This document shows positions 62,101 through 64,000 of a stretch of DNA of 64,000 nucleotides, piece after piece (within the stretch, counting starts at the first letter, position 1; the number at the start of each line of letters is the position of its first letter). The stretch is from NCBI GenBank assembly GCA_017654855.1, contig CM030337.1:1550001-1614000 (forward strand). Direction: 5' to 3'. Made by a program: the position numbers and the translations under genes. The DNA comes from Podospora anserina. Lineage: Eukaryota. The notes under the pieces are model-generated. The model did no database searches. It worked only from the letters and a program-made list of their open reading frames with translations, and was not told the origin of the DNA.

Positions 62101-62560
62101 AGTGCAAGCTTGACTCCTTTGTCCTTGGGTTCTTCCCGGTCATGGCCAAGTTGCGTACTGCGCGCTCGACTTGTTCAGGCGCCACCTTGTATATCGTGAC
62201 AAGAGCCTGTGTCGCGATATATCGAATCTTATCTTTATGATCGCCCAGTTTCTCAGCCAGCAGCGGCAATGTCCCTGTGCGCGCAACCTCCTTCGACAGG
62301 CCCTTGGGATCTTGCTTTCTCAGTCGGGTGAGGAGATGGTTGAAGGTGCCAAACCCAGCATTAACGAGAACGCCATGTTGAGAGCTGGACGCAGATCGGA
62401 GGGCGTCGAATAGTGGCGCGATACATGGCTCGGGGATGTAGTGCGACTTGATGCAGGACTTGGCTACGTTGATGTGTTGAATCTTGGTGTCGACAGGGGC
62501 GTCGGTGCGCAGGATATTGGTAAGGTCGATGACCTGCTGCTCAGAGATTGGTTCCGCCAT
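59115..62560 (-). CDS. STU1: CLASP-family microtubule regulator Stu1, 1132 aa; exons 62560..61971 and 61923..59115
   Basis: TOG/HEAT motifs EKLGDHKDKIR, LLEDADATVRDTAK, FEGRETEQNWMERE, SLRTSL and DANPGVREKAR, and C-terminal LITYYI. Intron 61924..61970 (GTATGC, GCTGAC, CAG). The ORF track starts at a TTG; the ATG is at 62560. Confidence 0.92.
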
Positions 62561-63249
62561 ATCCTCCAAAGCAGAGGATTTCAGGTGTGATTGCGATAAA
62601 ATGGATGGAGGAGGTTGTCGAGGTTGCGGGACCGGGTCGAGGTGGTATGATTAAAGGTCGGTCGCTGTGGTAGGTTGCGGAAAGTGGCAGAAAGAAAACA
62701 AAACAAAAAATGAGCTGCTTATTAAGTTGCCGGCCCAGGGTTTTTATCAGCAAGCTTTCGCGACAGGATGTCGGCAGTCGCGCCCGTTATAGGGCTCCAA
62801 AGACGCGCAATCGCAGGGTCGAAAGAGTACACGCGGACCTCGACTTGAAGCTTCGTTGCCGTTCCTTGTGGTGGATTGCTAAGGTAAATTTGGCTCGACG
62901 TCGATGAGGAAGGGACACAGACCACAATTCTGTTTGCGGGATGTTCTCTGCAGCTTTTCGTCACCCCTTGCCCGCACCAAGTGGAGCACGGGCCATGCAA
63001 ATGATTGCTGTCAGGGGTCTCGGCATCCTCAATTCCCCGCAATTCCCCACCCCCTGTTGCTATTTCCCCACCTCTTATCGATATGCCCCACCTTCTAGAA
63101 CACCACGCTGTCGGTGTTGGTGCGCAATGTAAGCGGCACCTCCCTGCATACAGCTGGACCCGATATAAGCTTGAGCTGGGAATAGCTTCTACCAAATGCC
63201 ATTGTTTATTTTCTCCCAAACATCATCCTTCCCTCGTTAAACCGCAATC

Positions 63250-64000
63250 ATGACCTTCTACGAACAAACCCTAGCCCCCAGGCCTACCACCATCCTCGAA
63301 CCCCCCATCTCCCGCCCATCCGACGCCCCATCAGCAACCCAATCTCCCATCCCAATCCACCCCCCTAGGGACACCACCCCCAATGACCCCAAAACAACCA
63401 CCATTTCCTCCCCCAAACCCTTCCCCCTCCCCACCCTCCGCCTCGAAAACCGCAACCTAACCCACCCCGCCTCCGCCCTCCTCTTCACCTCCATCAACCC
63501 CGCCACCGTCCTCCCCGACTGCCTCCAAAACGTCCTCCGCCTCCTCTACCACACCCCCTCCTCCCACTCCTTCACCCCACCCCCAACCCGCTCCGTCACC
63601 CTCATATTCCGTGACATGGACGGCGTGGCCTACACAACCGGCACCGACCTCGACCACGACCACAAAGAAATCCACTTCAACCTCAACCACATCTCCAACG
63701 TAGCCTCCCGTCCCAACAGCCCAACCCGCGTCCGTGACGAGATCATCGGCGTCATCACCCACGAACTGGTCCACTGCTACCAGTGGGACGCAAAACACAC
63801 TTGTCCAGGGGGGTTAATAGAAGGGATCGCTGACTGGGTGAGGCTGAATTGTGATTTGTCCCCGCCGCATTGGAAGAAGGAGGTTGATGGCGGTATTGCC
63901 CCCCCCCCCCCTCTCTTTTCCATTTCAACCCCCTCTCCCTTTTTACCCCCTAATCCAATCCCCAATCACCGCCCACCCTTACTAACATACCCAAAAAGCC
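63250..64000 (+). CDS. BSP (basic secretory protein)-family zinc peptidase, 3' partial; exon 63250..63892, then an intron running to the window end
   Basis: Not in the ORF track. Manual translation gives RSVTLIFRDMDGVAYT, HKEIHF, GVITHELVHCYQW (HExxH) and GGLIEGIADWVRL. Donor GTATTG at 63893 and branch ACTAAC near 63981. Confidence 0.88.
   Translation, partial: MTFYEQTLAPRPTTILEPPISRPSDAPSATQSPIPIHPPRDTTPNDPKTTTISSPKPFPLPTLRLENRNLTHPASALLFTSINPATVLPDCLQNVLRLLYHTPSSHSFTPPPTRSVTLIFRDMDGVAYTTGTDLDHDHKEIHFNLNHISNVASRPNSPTRVRDEIIGVITHELVHCYQWDAKHTCPGGLIEGIADWVRLNCDLSPPHWKKEVDGGIAPPPPLFSISTPSPFLPPNPIPNHRPPLLTYPKS

Overview
Eukaryotic DNA from a filamentous ascomycete. The short GT-AG introns with CTRAC branch sites, the gene content and the codon style suggest Sordariales, Podospora-like; this is inference. 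I rebuilt spliced models by hand for 11 intact genes, and every complete model gives a CDS length divisible by 3. In order: FSH1-type serine hydrolase (5' partial), xanthine dioxygenase XanA, RBR ubiquitin ligase, Zn2Cys6 transcription factor, secreted lactonase, FNIP/Lst4-like protein, CDF zinc transporter, IML1/DEPDC5, CAX/VCX1 exchanger, STU1/CLASP and a BSP-family peptidase (3' partial). There is also a disrupted membrane-protein gene, AT-rich repeat relics (one array has RIP-like changes) and long gene-free intervals. I found no tRNA, rRNA, CRISPR array or intact transposon, and I cannot claim a clearly new system. The best leads are: (1) a perfect UaY-type site with a GATA cluster upstream of xanA; (2) four consecutive vacuole-associated genes covering both Rag-GTPase GAP complexes; (3) a 73-codon ORF resembling signal peptide plus GPI signal, 7 nt after the lactonase stop; (4) related repeat relics on both sides of the CAX gene; (5) a recurring C-rich to G/T-rich switch towards gene 3' ends; (6) a gene with one in-frame TGA.
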